Positions 12,701-23,604 of a stretch of DNA of 63,518 nt are shown piece by piece. The DNA lies in the NCBI GenBank assembly GCA_002269645.1, contig NIVC01002911.1, positions 66,882 through 130,399 of the forward strand, in the 5' to 3' direction. Below the pieces are notes generated by a model. The model ran no database searches. It had not been told where the DNA came from and saw only the letters and a program-made list of their open reading frames with translations. Source of the stretch: Macrostomum lignano (Eukaryota). The translations under genes and the position numbers were made by a program. The number at the start of each line of letters is the position of its first letter. Within the stretch, counting starts at the first letter, position 1.

Positions 12701-15700
12701 TGCTGCTGCTCCTGACACTACTCCTGATCCAGCTCCTAAAACTACTCCTGCTTCTGCTCTTGACACCAATACTGCTCATGACCCTACTCCTGCTGCTGCT
12801 CTTGACCCTACTCCTGATCCTGCTCCTGACCCTACTCCTGCTTCTGCTCCTGACACTACTCCTGCTCCTGACACTACTCCTGCTTCTGCTCCTGACACTA
12901 CTCCTGCTCCTGACACTTCTCCTGCTGCTGCTCCTGACACTACTCCTGCTCCTGACCCTACTCCTGCTGCTGCTCCTGACACTTCTCCTGCTGCTGCTCC
13001 TGACACTACTCCTGATCCAGCTCCTAAAACTACTCCTGCTGTTGCTCCTGACACTTCTGCTGCTGCTCCTGACACTACTCCTGCTTCTGCTCCTGACACT
13101 ACTCCTGATCCAGCTCCTAAAACTACTCCTGCTGCTGCTCCTGACACTTCTCCTGCTGCTGCTCCTGACACTTCTCCTGCTGCTGCTCCTGACACTACTC
13201 CTGATCCAGCTCCTAAAACTACTCCTGCTTCTGCTCTTGACACCAATACTGCTCATGACCCTACTCCTGCTGCTGCTCTTGACCCTACTCCTGATCCTGC
13301 TCCTGACCCTACTCCTGATGCTGCTCCTATCGCTATTCCAATCCTATATACTAAAAATCTGTCGGTATGCGATAGATTTCAGAAAAAATGGCTCAACCGA
13401 TTTTCTTCAAACTTGCACCATTTGATCAGAAATTTCTACTAATTTCAGGTGCACTACGACTTCGGCCTGCGCAACATTTTGTCCGTGCTGCGCACCCTGG
13501 GCACTGTGAAACGCTCCAACCCGAACGACAGCGAGCAGACGACAGTTATGCGAGTGCTGCGCGACATGAACTTGTCCAAGCTGGTGGACCAAGACGAGCC
13601 GCTGTTCCTGTCGCTTATTAATGATCTTTTCCCAGGTACGAGCGTATAAGCGGATTGAAACAACGTAGACAATATTCTTTGCAGAATAAAGTAAAGATCA
13701 AGATGAACTTTGAAACCCGCAGGCATCACGCTGGACAAGGCGGGCTACCCGCAGCTAGAGGCCGCCATCGCCAAGCAGGTGCAGGAGGCGGAGCTCATCA
13801 ACTGGGACTCCTGGAACCTGAAGCTCATTCAGCTTTTTGAGACGCAGCGCGTGCGTCACGGTATGATGACGCTGGGCCCCTCCGGAGCCGGCAAGACCCG
13901 CTGCATCCACACACTGATGAAGGCCTTGACGGACTGCGGCGAGCCGCACCGCGAGCTCCGCATGAACCCGAAGGCCATCACGGCGCCGCAGATGTTCGGC
14001 CGGCTCGACGTGGCCACCAACGACTGGACTGACGGCATCTTCTCCACGCTGTGGCGCCGCACCCTCAAGGCCAAGAAGGGCGAGCACATCTGGCTGGTGC
14101 TGGACGGCCCCGTGGACGCCATCTGGATCGAGAACCTCAACTCCGTGCTGGACGACAACAAGACGCTGACTCTGGCTAACGGCGATCGAATCCCCATGGC
14201 GCCGAACTGCAAGATCATCTTCGAGGTGCACAACATCGACAATGCGTCGCCTGCCACAGTGTCCCGCAACGGCATGGTGTACATGTCCAGCTCTGGGCTC
14301 AACTGGAACCCCCTGCTCAGCGGCTGGCTGCTCAAGAGGCCAACATTTGAGCGCGACCAGCTGTTCCCGCTGTTCGAGAGCACCTTCCCGGAGATCCTTC
14401 GCTATGCTATTCAATTCCTCACCTTCAAGATTGACGTCCTCGAGGCGTTCATCGTGCGACAATGCTGCGACCTGCTCGAAGGCCTGATCCCGAAGCGCGA
14501 GGAGAAGGAGGGCGCGCTTAGGCCCGAGTTCTACCGCAGGCTGTACGTGTTCACCATCATGTGGTCGGTGGGCGCGCTGCTGGAGTGGGAGGACCGCAAC
14601 AAGCTCGAGACGCAGATGCGGGAGCTGAAGCTGGACCTGCCCGAGTATGCAGCCGACTCCGACAACACCATGTTCGACTTCCTCGTTGGAGAGTCCGGCG
14701 AGTGGCAGCACTGGGACGAGAAGGTGGAGGAGTTCCTCTACCCGACCGACAGCACCCCCGAGTACGGCTCCATCCTTGTGCCCAATGTGGACAACGTGCG
14801 CACCGAGTTCCTCATCCACACCATTCACAAGCAGGAGAAGCAGGTGCTGCTGATCGGTGAGCAGGGCACGGCCAAGACCGTCATGATCAACAAATTCCTG
14901 GCCAAGTTCAACCCGGAGGAGCACATGAACAAGGCGCTCAACTTCTCCAGCGCCACCACGCCGATGATGTTCCAGCGGACCATTGAGAGCTACGTGGACA
15001 AGCGCATGGGCTCGACCTTCGGCCCGCCGGCCGGCCGCAAGATGACCGTCTTCATCGACGACATCAACATGCCGGTTATCAACGAGTGGGGCGACCAGAT
15101 CGCCAACGAGATCGTCCGCCAGCTGATGGAGAACTCTGGCTTCTACAACCTGGAGAAGCCGGGAGACTTCACCACCATCGTGGACATGCAGTTCATGGCC
15201 GCCATGATCCACCCCGGCGGCGGCCGGAACGACATCCCGCAGCGGCTGAAGCGCCAGTTCAACATCTTCAACTGCACGCTGCCGTCCAACCCGAGCATCG
15301 ACAAGATCTTCAGCGTCATCGGCTGCGGTCACTACTGCGAGGAGCGCGGCTTCCCCGAGGAGGTGCGCGCTATGGTGGCCAAGCTGGTGCCGCTGACCAG
15401 GCGCCTGTGGCAGCTCACCAAGATGAAGATGCTGCCGACCCCGGCCAAATTCCACTACGTGTTTAACCTGCGGGATCTCAGCCGGATCTGGCAAGGCATG
15501 ATCAACACCGTCAGCGAGGTGGTCAAGGACTCCAGCGTGCTGCTCAGCCTGTGGAAGCACGAGTGCTGCCGAGTCATCTCCGACAGGTGAGCGCGCGGTG
15601 AACATTGAAATGAATGCTTGCTGTTAGTAGGATTATCTTAAAGTCAAATAGAGCCATCTAGCTACTGCTAGTAGGATTATCTTAAAGTCAAATAGAGCCA

Positions 15701-18700
15701 TCTAGCTACTGCTAGTAGGATTATCTTAAAGTCAAATAGAGTCATCTAGCTACTGTTAGTAGGATTATCTTAAAGTCAAATAGAGCCATCTAGCTACTGC
15801 TAGTAGGATTATCTTAAAGTCAAATAGAGCCATCTAGCTACTGCTAGTAGGATTATCTTAAAGTCAAATAGAGTCATCTAGCTACTGTTAGTAGGATTAT
15901 CTTAAAGTCAAATAGAGCCATCTAGCTACTGTTAGTAGGATTATCTTAAAGTCAAATAGAGCCATCTAGCTACTGTTAGTAGGATTATCCTAAAGTCAAA
16001 TAGAGCCATCTAGCTACTGTTAGTAGGATTATCCTAAAGTCAAATAGAGCCATCTAGCTACTGTTAGTAGGATGATTTCAAAGTAAAAAATAAAGCCATC
16101 TAGCTACTGTTAGTAGGATGATTTTAGAGTCAAATCGAGTCATCTAGCTACTGTTAGTAGTATTGTAAAAAGTAACAAAGGTGCAGCATTTTCATATTTT
16201 TCATATTTCAGCTGATTGAATACTTCTTACACTGTGATTTGAGTAAGACTACGAGTTCATCTGTACCCTCTTCCTTGGCATTTTCTGTTTTTTAAGTTTC
16301 TTTTTAAGTTTCATTTCTAAGTTTTTCGTAACCGCTAGTTATTTATTTCGATGTCCAAATCTGCAACCCAACTCGCTGATTTTCTTTGCTATTCAAATTG
16401 AAATTCGACTGTCACTCTCAGATTCACCACTTATGACGACGTGAACTGGTTCGTGAAGACCATGAGCCGCGTGCTCGTGGAGGACATGGGCGATGATGCT
16501 GGGAAACTGCTGGAGCCAACGCACTACTTTGTGGACTTTCTCAGGTGGTCCTGGTGTCTTAGAATCCCGGAAAAATGATTTGTGGCTAACAGATTTAAAA
16601 CACCAATTTATTGTTTGCACCCTTGACACATTTTCCTTTACCTTTATTAATCAACTGACTTGCAGTGATTCTATTTCAGCTAAACCCCTCTTAACTATGC
16701 ACAATTTTTGCACCTTTGATTTTTCTAAACACTTTCGATGCACTGAATAACCTGCAATAATTCTAGCGGCCTACGCTGGAATGGTTGCTAGGGGAAGGTA
16801 GGAATTCGGAGAATAGAGAAGCTACCAGTCGCTCCTCTGCCACCCATCCGAGCCAGATTCGTGACGTTTGCCGACATCGGCTGGTTCGACAAGAGCATGA
16901 AGCGGCTCGTCCAGGAGGACCTCGGCGACCTGTTTGACCCCGTCATTGATAGGATGGAGTTTTTTGTCAACTTTCTCAGGTGCAAATCATTTAGGGGGGG
17001 GGGGCATACCGGATATGCCTCTACCGCGAGTCCATGATAGTTCGCTGGTAGCTCAAAATAGTTTTATCTAAAGTCGATTATTAATCTTATCCTATGATTA
17101 TACCAGCACTTTAACCCGGCTAATTAACACACAGTTATTACTCTCTAACAACATAATATTTAGCCAGTTTTAACTAAAGTAACTTACAGTTCTGCATGCT
17201 TCAAAGTCTTGTGAAGTCTTGAGAGACGCAACCTCGTTTCTAGGAAGGAAAAAAATGCTATAAAATTTTAACTCTGAACAAATTTCGCCCATTTCCAGAG
17301 ACGCTCCCGAGGCCACGGGAGACGAGCCGGACGATGCCAGCTTCGAGATGCCGCACATCTACGAACCGGTGAGCGGGACAGCTTCGGCTGTCTGGGTTCA
17401 AGGGTTTGCGAGTCTTGAGTGGTTTCTTAGTGAAAACACCTTTTTATGAAGATAGATATGGTAGGTAGCTTAAATAGGTAGCTTGGACAGGTAGTTTGGA
17501 CAGGTAGCTTGGACAGGTAGTTTTGACAGGTAGCTTGGACAGGTAGCTTGGACAGGTAGCTTGGACAGGTAGCTTGGACAGTTAGCTTGGACAGGTAGCT
17601 TGGACAGGTAGCTTGGACAGGTAGCTTGGACAGGTAGCTTGGACAGGTAGCTTGGACAGGTAGCTTGGACAGGTAGCTTGGACAGGTAGCTTGGATAGGT
17701 AGCTTGGACAGGTAGCTTGGACTGGTAGCTTGGACAGGTAGCTTGGACAGGTAGCTTGGACAGGTAGCTTGGACAGGTAGCTTGGACAGGTAGCTTGGAC
17801 AGGTAGCTTGGAGTAGTTCTGAGCTCACCTACAAATTGATCCCGTCTGACTCACCACTCCGCCCACAGATCCCAACTTTCGAGGCCCTGAGCGACCGCCT
17901 GCGCTACTTCATGGGCCAGTACAACGAGAGCATCCGCGGCGCCGGCATGGACCTGGTGTTCTTCCAGGACGCCATGACGCACCTGGTGAAGATCTCCCGC
18001 ATCATCAGTACGCCGCGCGGCAACGCCCTCCTAGTGGGAGTCGGCGGCTCCGGCAAGCAGTCGCTAACGCGCCTGGCCTCCTTCATCGCCGGCTACAAGA
18101 CTTTCCAGATCACCCTCACCCGGTCGTACAATGTGTCCAACCTGATGGAGGACCTGAAGTTCCTCTACCGAACCGCCGGCCAGCAGGGCAAGGGCATCAC
18201 CTTCTTGTTCACGGACAACGAGATCAAGGATGAGAGCTTCCTGGAGTACCTCAACAACGTCCTGGCCTCCGGCGTAGTGTCCAACCTGTTCCCCAGGGAC
18301 GAGATGGACGAGATCTGCCAAGAGCTGATCGGTGTCATGAAGAAGGAGTTTCCCAGACGGCCACCAACTAACGAGAACCTGCAAGAGTACTTCCTGACCC
18401 GCACGCGCCAGAACCTGCACGTGGTCTTGTGCTTCTCTCCGGTTGGCGAGAAATTCCGTAGTCGGGCGCTGAAGTTCCCGGCGCTGATCTCCGGCTGCAC
18501 AATGGACTGGTTCCAGCGCTGGCCGCGCGACGCCCTGGTCGCCGTGGCTGATCACTTCCTGTCCAAGTTCGAGATTGTCTGCTCCGAGACTGTCAAGCAC
18601 GAACTTATCCAGACCATGGGCGTTGTGCACGACGGCGTCGCCGAGAGCTGCGTGGACTACTTCAACAGGTACCGGCGCAGCACGCACGTGACGCCGAAGT

Positions 18701-21700
18701 CCTACCTGAGCTTCCTGCAGGGCTATAAGAAGATCTACACGGACAAGCTGCAGCATTACCAGGGCCTGGCAGCCCGCATGGACAGCGGTCTTGAGAAGCT
18801 GCTCGAGGCACAGGATTCCGTTAAGGTCCTCAGCGAGGAGCTGGTTGTGAAGGAGAAGGAGCTTGCCATCGCCAACAGAGAAGCCGAGGAGGTGCTCAAA
18901 CAGGTGGCTATTCAGCAGCAGGCCGCCCAGGAGGTGAAAAACAAGGTGCAGGTGGTGAAGGATCGAGCTCAGGCCATCGTGGACTCGATCGCGCAGGACA
19001 AGGCCATCGCCGAAGGCAAGCTGGAGGCCGCCCGCCCGGCCCTGGAGGCGGCCGAGGAGGCGCTGAACACCATCAAGCCGGCCGATATTGCGACGGTACG
19101 GAAGCTGGGCAAACCGCCGCACCTCATCATGCGCATCATGGACTGCGTGCTGATGCTGTTCCAGCGCCACCTGGACACGGTCACCCAGGACCCGGAGCGG
19201 CCCTGCGCCAAGCCCAGCTGGTCCGAGTCGCTCAAGCTCATGTCCAACACCGGCTTCCTCAACATGCTGGTCACCTTCTCGAAAGACTCAATGACTGAGG
19301 AGAGCATTGAGTTCCTCATGCCCTACCTGGAGATGGAAGACTACAACTTCGAGACGGCGAAGCGCGTCTGCGGCAACGTTGCCGGTTTGCTGTCGTGGAC
19401 CAAAGCCATGCAGGACTTCTTCTGGATCAACAAGGAGGTCATGCCGCTGAAGGACAATCTGGCCAAGCAGGAGGTCCGCCTGCACAAGGCCAACGAAGAT
19501 TTGGCCGCGGCGCAGCAGACGCTAGACGAGAAAGAGGCCGAGCTGGCCAAGGCGCGCGCCATCTACGATGAGGCGATGCGCAAGAAGCAGGCGCTGGAGG
19601 ACGATGCGGCCGCCTGCCGGCGGAAGATGAACGCCGCCGAGCAGCTGATCACCGGCCTGGCCGACGAGAAGGAGCGCTGGACCCGGCAGAGCAAGGAGTA
19701 CAAGGCTCAGATCGGCAGGCTGGTTGGCGACGTCCTGATGGCCACCGCCTTCCTGTCCTACTCTGGACCGTTCAACCAGGACTTCCGCCTCCTGCTGAAC
19801 CGGAACTGGCAGAAGAACCTGAAAGAGCGCAAGATTCCGTCTAGCGATACGCTCAACCTCATCGAGATGCTGGTAGAGGCGACCACCATTGCAGAGTGGA
19901 ACCTGCAGGGGCTGCCCAACGATGAGCTGAGCACAGAGAACGGCATCATTGTGACTCAGGCAAGCCGCTTTCCGCTGCTCATCGACCCGCAGGGCCAGGG
20001 CAAGATCTGGCTGAAGAACCGCGAGACGGCTAACGAGCTGCAGATCACGTCGCTGAATCACAAATACTTCCGGCAGCACCTGGAGGACGCCCTGTCGCTT
20101 GGCCGGCCGCTGCTGATTGAGGACATCAACGAAGAGCTGGACCCCGCGCTAGACAATGTCCTGGAGAAGAACTTCATTAAGCAGGGCTCTACGCTCAAGG
20201 TGAAAGTTGGCGACAAGGAGGTCGACGTACTAAAGGGTTTTTCGTTGTTCGTCACCACGAAGCTGCCGAATCCGTCCTACACGCCTGAGATCTTCGCGCG
20301 CACCAGCATCATTGACTTCACCGTGACCATGAAGGGTCTGGAGGACCAGCTGCTGGGCCGCGTGATCAAGACCGAGAAGGCCGAGCTCGAGGAGCAGCGC
20401 GTGCAGCTCATGGAGGATGTTACCAACAACAACAAGATCATGAAGAACCTGGAGGACACGCTGCTGTACCGCCTGACCAGCACCCAGGGATCCCTGGTGG
20501 ACGACGAAGAGCTCATCGGTGTGCTAAAAGAAACCAAAGTGACCTCGACTGACGTGCGCCAGAAGATCGAGATCGCCAAGGAGACGCAGATCAAGATCGC
20601 CTCCGCCCGCGAGGAGTACCGCCCGGTGGCCTCCCGCGGCTCCATCCTGTACTTCCTTATCACCGAAATGTCCATGGTGAACGTGATGTATCAGACCTCG
20701 CTCAGGCAGTTCCTTGGTCTGTTTGACCTGTCCATGGACCGATCGACCAAGTCCCCAATCACGGCCAAGCGCATCACCAACATCATCGACTACATGACCT
20801 ACGAGGTGTGGAAGTACGCTGCCCGCGGCCTCTACGAGGAGGACAAGCTGACGTTCACTCTGCTGCTGGCGCTCAAGATCGACATGCACTCCAAGAAGGT
20901 GAAGCACGAAGAGTTTCAGACGCTCATCAAGGGCGGCGCTTCGCTCGACCTGAACGTAGTGCAGCCCAAGCCGCACAAGTGGATCCTGGACTCCACCTGG
21001 CTCAACCTGGTCGAGCTGTCCAACCTTCATCAGTTCTCCGGCATCCTTGATCAGATCACGCGCGGCGAGAAGGCCTGGAAACAGTGGTTCGATAAGGAGG
21101 CGCCCGAGGAGGAGATCATTCCAGACGGCTACAGCACCAATCTGGACGCGTTCCGGCGCCTGCTGCTGATCCGGTCCTGGTGCCCCGACCGCACGCTTTC
21201 GCAGGCCAAGAAGTACATCGCGGACAGTCTGGGCGACAAGTTCGCCGAGGGCGTCATCCTGGACATCGAGGCGGTATGGGAGGAGTCGGAGCCGCGCACG
21301 CCCATGGTCGGCCTGCTGTCGATGGGCTCGGATCCCACGCCGAGCATCGAGCTGCTCGCCAAGAAGCACAAGAAGGAGTGCAAGGCGATTTCCATGGGCC
21401 AGGGTCAGGAGGTCCACGCCAGACGCCTGGTGGCGACCTCTCTGCAGAACGGCGGCTGGGTGCTGCTGCAGAATTGTCACCTGTCTCTGGACTACATGCT
21501 GGAGGTGATGGACCAGCTGATCGAGGCGGAGACCGTGAACGAAGATTTCAGCCTGTGGGTGACCTGCGAGGTTCACCCGAAGTTCCCCATCTCCTTCCTG
21601 CAGCAGTCCATCAAGTTCACCAACGAGCCGCCGCAGGGAGTGAAAGCCGGCCTCAAGCGGACATACACGAGCTTCACGCAGGACTTCCTGGACATCAGCA

Positions 21701-23046
21701 ACATGCCGCAGTGGCGCCCGATGCTCTACTGCGTGGCCTTCCTGCACACGGTGGTCCAGGAGCGCAGGAAGTTCGGCCCCATCGGCTGGAACATCCCCTA
21801 CGAGTTCAACACGGCCGACCTGAACGCAAGCATCCAGTTCGTGCAGAACCACCTGGACGACATGGACATCAAGAAGGGCGTCAACTGGAACACCGTTCGC
21901 TACATGCTCGGCGAGATCCAGTACGGCGGCCGGGTCACCGACGATTTCGACAAGTTCCTGTTGAACACCTTCTGCAAAGTGTGGTTCTCGGACCGCATGT
22001 TCGAGCCGACATTCGAGTTCTTCAAGGGCTACAGCATCCCGAAGTTCCCCAAGCTCACTGAGTACCTGGAGTACATCCAGAGCCTGCCCGCTTACGACAC
22101 GCCGCAGGTGTTCGGCCTGCACGCAAATGCCGACATCAGCTATCAAGGCCGCACCACCAAGGCCATCCTGGACTGCATCCTCAGCATCCAACCGAAGGAC
22201 TCCGGCGGCGGCTCCGGCGAGACGCGCGAGTCAGTGGTGTACAAGCAGGCCGAGGACCTGCTGGAGAAGCTGCCAAACGACTACGTGCCGTTCGAGGTGC
22301 GTGAACGCCTGCAGAAGATGGGCCCGCTGCAGCCGATGAACATCTTCCTCAGGCAGGAGGTGGACCGCATGCAGCGGGTCATCACCGCGGTGCGCACCAC
22401 CCTCACGGACTTGAAGCTCGCCATTGAGGGCACCATCATCATGAATGAGAACCTGCGCGACGCTCTCGATTCAATGTATGACGCCAAGATACCGCAGGTG
22501 TGGCGCAAGATCTCCTGGGACTCCTCGGCTCTGGGCTTCTGGTTCACCGAGCTGATCAACCGCAACCAGCAGTTCAGCACCTGGGTGTTCGGCGGCCGGC
22601 CCAACTGCTTCTGGATGACCGGCTTCTTCAACCCGCAGGGCTTCCTCACCGCGATGCGTCAGGAGGTGACCCGCGCTCACAAAGGCTGGGCTCTCGACGG
22701 CGTCCTGCTGCACAATGACGTCACCAAAATGCTTCTAGCCGACGTGCACAGCCCGCCAACTGAGGGCGTCTACGTCCACGGCCTGTTTCTCGAGGGCGCC
22801 GGCTGGGACCGGAGGAACAACCGCCTGACGGAGGCCCGGCCGAAGATCCTGAACGAGCCGCTGCCCGTGGTGCACATCTACGCCATCAACTCGGTGAGCA
22901 AGGACGAGAAGCTGTACATGTGCCCGATCTACAAGAAGCCGCGCCGCACCGACCTCACCTATGTGGCCACGATCAAGCTGCGGACCAACCAGCCCCCAGA
23001 TCACTGGGTCATGCGCGGCGTCGCACTGCTCTGCGACGTCATGTGA
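392..23046 (+). CDS. DNAH5: Axonemal dynein heavy chain, outer-arm DNAH5/DNAH8 (gamma-type) family; spliced gene, 5'-partial (join 392-736,1360-1701,3571-4239,4791-9234,9842-10225,13449-13635,13723-15586,[16422-16544 or 16857-16979],17299-17368,17869-23046)
   Basis: Four P-loops in order: [32 protein letters not shown]. Also [28 protein letters not shown], a coiled-coil stalk and a C-terminus ending [10 protein letters not shown]. Tail motifs [10 protein letters not shown] and [19 protein letters not shown] are typical of DNAH5/8. All junctions are GT-AG with matching phases. About 4,530 codons after correcting 3 single-base indels. Confidence 0.95.
775..1357. repeat. 20-bp intronic minisatellite CTTGGCACTCTYCYATCATC
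   Basis: Direct reading; source of ORFs 744..1763, 965..1699 and 1102..1395. Confidence 0.95.
1360..1701 (+). CDS. DNAH5: Dynein HC exon ([10 protein letters not shown]...AAKSRSLK); +1 frameshift at 1509-1511
   Basis: Acceptor TTCTACCAG at 1359, donor GTGAGC at 1702. Removing one A from AAA at 1509-1511 gives [32 protein letters not shown]. Confidence 0.9.
1783..2080. repeat. (CTCCT)n microsatellite
   Basis: Direct reading. Confidence 0.95.
2638..2651. promoter_or_regulatory. Candidate RFX X-box (CTCGCCATAGCAAC) in a dynein intron
   Basis: 13/14 match to RTHNYYWTRRNRAC; TGACG half-CRE about 10 nt upstream; a second weaker X-box GTTGCTATGGACGC at 2382-2395. Confidence 0.4.
3050..3160. repeat. 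AT-rich decamer repeat (AAAATTAATG)n, degenerate
   Basis: About 5 clear units in an AT-rich intron segment. Confidence 0.75.
3571..4239 (+). CDS. DNAH5: Dynein HC exon ([11 protein letters not shown]...RQILELQ)
   Basis: Acceptor CACCAG at 3570, donor GTGCGT at 4240, phase 0/0, 223 codons in ORF 3559..4251. Confidence 0.93.
4280..4760. repeat. Degenerate ~16-bp repeat (CTATGACCCAAGCTGT) interrupted by the 175-bp insertion
   Basis: Recurrent TATGACC..AAGCT units on both sides of 4399-4573. Confidence 0.7.
4399..4573 (-). mobile_element. 175-bp 5'-truncated retroposon (SINE/LINE 3' end) with probable target-site duplication
   Basis: GC-rich insert flanked by TCTAGAT(G/A)CCTATGAC at 4383-4398 and 4574-4589; ends in AAGTAAGT on the minus strand; internal hairpins. 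Confidence 0.5.
4791..9234 (+). CDS. DNAH5: Dynein HC 4.4-kb exon (tail, linker, first half of AAA1); -1 frameshifts near 4847 and 6151
   Basis: Acceptor CTCCAG at 4790, donor GTAAGC at 9235. Joins ORFs 5066..6244 and 6106..9372 and contains [18 protein letters not shown]. Confidence 0.92.
9357..9650 (+). mobile_element. tRNA-derived SINE with CORE-like central domain (3' end approximate)
   Basis: A box TAGCGTAGTGG and B box GGTTCGATTCC in 9357-9428. Then TGTGTCCTTGAGCAAGATACTTAAC...TCAGTT...CTGTAAAATGGG (9439-9499), which resembles the MIR/CORE consensus as recalled. Confidence 0.7.
9842..10225 (+). CDS. DNAH5: Dynein HC exon (AAA1: [16 protein letters not shown]...CEEQLTKQ)
   Basis: Acceptor CCTTCCAG at 9841, donor GTGAGC at 10226, 128 codons; Walker B CFDEFNR and [11 protein letters not shown]. 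Confidence 0.95.
10252..13330. repeat. 3-kb intronic triplet-based minisatellite (CCTGCTCCTGACACTACT and variants) with a 477-bp higher-order duplication at its 3' end
   Basis: Units are built from CCT/GCT/ACT/GAC/TCT. The minus-strand ORFs starting at 12769 and 13246 begin with the same long peptide. Confidence 0.95.
13449..13635 (+). CDS. DNAH5: Dynein HC exon ([13 protein letters not shown]...INDLFP)
   Basis: Acceptor TTTCAG at 13448, donor GTACGA at 13636; HYDFGLR motif. Confidence 0.95.
13723..15586 (+). CDS. DNAH5: Dynein HC exon (AAA2 and AAA3)
   Basis: Acceptor CCGCAG at 13722 after an 87-nt intron, donor GTGAGC at 15587 (phase 2); GPSGAGKT and GEQGTAKT P-loops. Confidence 0.95.
15618..16160. 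repeat. 44-bp intronic minisatellite CTAGCTACTGYTAGTAGGATTATCTTAAAGTCAAATAGAGCCAT
   Basis: Period 44, about 12 units. Confidence 0.95.
16422..16544 (+). CDS. DNAH5: Dynein HC alternative exon A ([40 protein letters not shown])
   Basis: Acceptor CTCTCAG at 16421, donor GT at 16545; 123 nt, phase 2/2; continues VISDR into the ...FVDFLR motif. Confidence 0.88.
16857..16979 (+). CDS. DNAH5: Dynein HC alternative exon B ([40 protein letters not shown])
   Basis: Acceptor GAGCCAG at 16856, donor GTGCAA at 16980; 123 nt, phase 2/2, no stops; 16/40 aa identical to exon A without gaps. Confidence 0.85.
17299..17368 (+). CDS. DNAH5: Dynein HC 70-nt exon ([23 protein letters not shown])
   Basis: Acceptor TTTCCAG at 17298, donor GTGAGC at 17369; phase 2/0; matches the recalled FLRDAPE...IYEP motif of DNAH5/8. 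Confidence 0.9.
17455..17812. repeat. 13-bp intronic minisatellite GGACAGGTAGCTT
   Basis: Direct reading. Confidence 0.95.
17869..23046 (+). CDS. DNAH5: Dynein HC terminal 5.2-kb exon (AAA4, stalk/MTBD, AAA5, AAA6, C-terminal domain)
   Basis: Acceptor CCACAG at 17868; uninterrupted frame to TGA at 23044-23046 (ORF 17836..23046); [36 protein letters not shown]. Confidence 0.96.
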   Translation: MPTFEALSDRLRYFMGQYNESIRGAGMDLVFFQDAMTHLVKISRIISTPRGNALLVGVGGSGKQSLTRLASFIAGYKTFQITLTRSYNVSNLMEDLKFLYRTAGQQGKGITFLFTDNEIKDESFLEYLNNVLASGVVSNLFPRDEMDEICQELIGVMKKEFPRRPPTNENLQEYFLTRTRQNLHVVLCFSPVGEKFRSRALKFPALISGCTMDWFQRWPRDALVAVADHFLSKFEIVCSETVKHELIQTMGVVHDGVAESCVDYFNRYRRSTHVTPKSYLSFLQGYKKIYTDKLQHYQGLAARMDSGLEKLLEAQDSVKVLSEELVVKEKELAIANREAEEVLKQVAIQQQAAQEVKNKVQVVKDRAQAIVDSIAQDKAIAEGKLEAARPALEAAEEALNTIKPADIATVRKLGKPPHLIMRIMDCVLMLFQRHLDTVTQDPERPCAKPSWSESLKLMSNTGFLNMLVTFSKDSMTEESIEFLMPYLEMEDYNFETAKRVCGNVAGLLSWTKAMQDFFWINKEVMPLKDNLAKQEVRLHKANEDLAAAQQTLDEKEAELAKARAIYDEAMRKKQALEDDAAACRRKMNAAEQLITGLADEKERWTRQSKEYKAQIGRLVGDVLMATAFLSYSGPFNQDFRLLLNRNWQKNLKERKIPSSDTLNLIEMLVEATTIAEWNLQGLPNDELSTENGIIVTQASRFPLLIDPQGQGKIWLKNRETANELQITSLNHKYFRQHLEDALSLGRPLLIEDINEELDPALDNVLEKNFIKQGSTLKVKVGDKEVDVLKGFSLFVTTKLPNPSYTPEIFARTSIIDFTVTMKGLEDQLLGRVIKTEKAELEEQRVQLMEDVTNNNKIMKNLEDTLLYRLTSTQGSLVDDEELIGVLKETKVTSTDVRQKIEIAKETQIKIASAREEYRPVASRGSILYFLITEMSMVNVMYQTSLRQFLGLFDLSMDRSTKSPITAKRITNIIDYMTYEVWKYAARGLYEEDKLTFTLLLALKIDMHSKKVKHEEFQTLIKGGASLDLNVVQPKPHKWILDSTWLNLVELSNLHQFSGILDQITRGEKAWKQWFDKEAPEEEIIPDGYSTNLDAFRRLLLIRSWCPDRTLSQAKKYIADSLGDKFAEGVILDIEAVWEESEPRTPMVGLLSMGSDPTPSIELLAKKHKKECKAISMGQGQEVHARRLVATSLQNGGWVLLQNCHLSLDYMLEVMDQLIEAETVNEDFSLWVTCEVHPKFPISFLQQSIKFTNEPPQGVKAGLKRTYTSFTQDFLDISNMPQWRPMLYCVAFLHTVVQERRKFGPIGWNIPYEFNTADLNASIQFVQNHLDDMDIKKGVNWNTVRYMLGEIQYGGRVTDDFDKFLLNTFCKVWFSDRMFEPTFEFFKGYSIPKFPKLTEYLEYIQSLPAYDTPQVFGLHANADISYQGRTTKAILDCILSIQPKDSGGGSGETRESVVYKQAEDLLEKLPNDYVPFEVRERLQKMGPLQPMNIFLRQEVDRMQRVITAVRTTLTDLKLAIEGTIIMNENLRDALDSMYDAKIPQVWRKISWDSSALGFWFTELINRNQQFSTWVFGGRPNCFWMTGFFNPQGFLTAMRQEVTRAHKGWALDGVLLHNDVTKMLLADVHSPPTEGVYVHGLFLEGAGWDRRNNRLTEARPKILNEPLPVVHIYAINSVSKDEKLYMCPIYKKPRRTDLTYVATIKLRTNQPPDHWVMRGVALLCDVM

Positions 23047-23190
23047 TCTCTGTCGCTTACTCCTGAGGACTGACAGTTTTGATTTAAATGTTACGCGTTT
23101 CATTTTTGCCCACGCTGGCTTCTGTTGATTTGGCTGAGTTGAGCAAAGGTTGAGATGAGGACAGATTTTTTTTAACAAAATACGTTTACC

Positions 23191-23196
23191 AATAAA
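23191..23196 (+). other. Candidate polyadenylation signal of the dynein gene
   Basis: AATAAA about 145 nt after the stop codon, followed by AT/T-rich sequence. Confidence 0.5.
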
Positions 23197-23604
23197 AAAA
23201 TTCAGATTTATCAGCTCTGATGGTACTGAAGTTCTGCTCGCTCAGTCACTAATTAACTAATTGAACAGCTATTTTTATTATTTTATCCTCACCTTATTAC
23301 TTGAAACATTTTTTATTAAAATACGATCATAGTAAGCGAGAATTTATGTTTTACTAAACAGCTAAAACGTCTTCCTAAAAGCAGACCAAGCTAGAAATCA
23401 TTTGGTCTTCCGAAACAGTTAACACGTTTATAAATATACAATATTTATGCAAATGATATCTCACGTATTGCTACATAATATATTTACTTCTATATAAATT
23501 TTGCATATCAGCATGGCAAGAGGAAGTGCTGGCAATTGTGCCTGAATTTGTTGATTTTTTATTCGTTATCGATAGGAACGAAAAATCAATAAAAAGTATA
23601 AAGA

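Noticed and set aside
9647-13425. Three ORFs of about 1,000 aa (poly-Leu, Ser/Arg-rich, Gly/Ala/Val-rich)
   Set aside because: They are translations of an intronic triplet-based minisatellite.
13755-22191. Long antisense ORFs (13755..15605, 18064..19170, 20524..22191 and others)
   Set aside because: They are shadow ORFs of the GC3-rich dynein coding strand.
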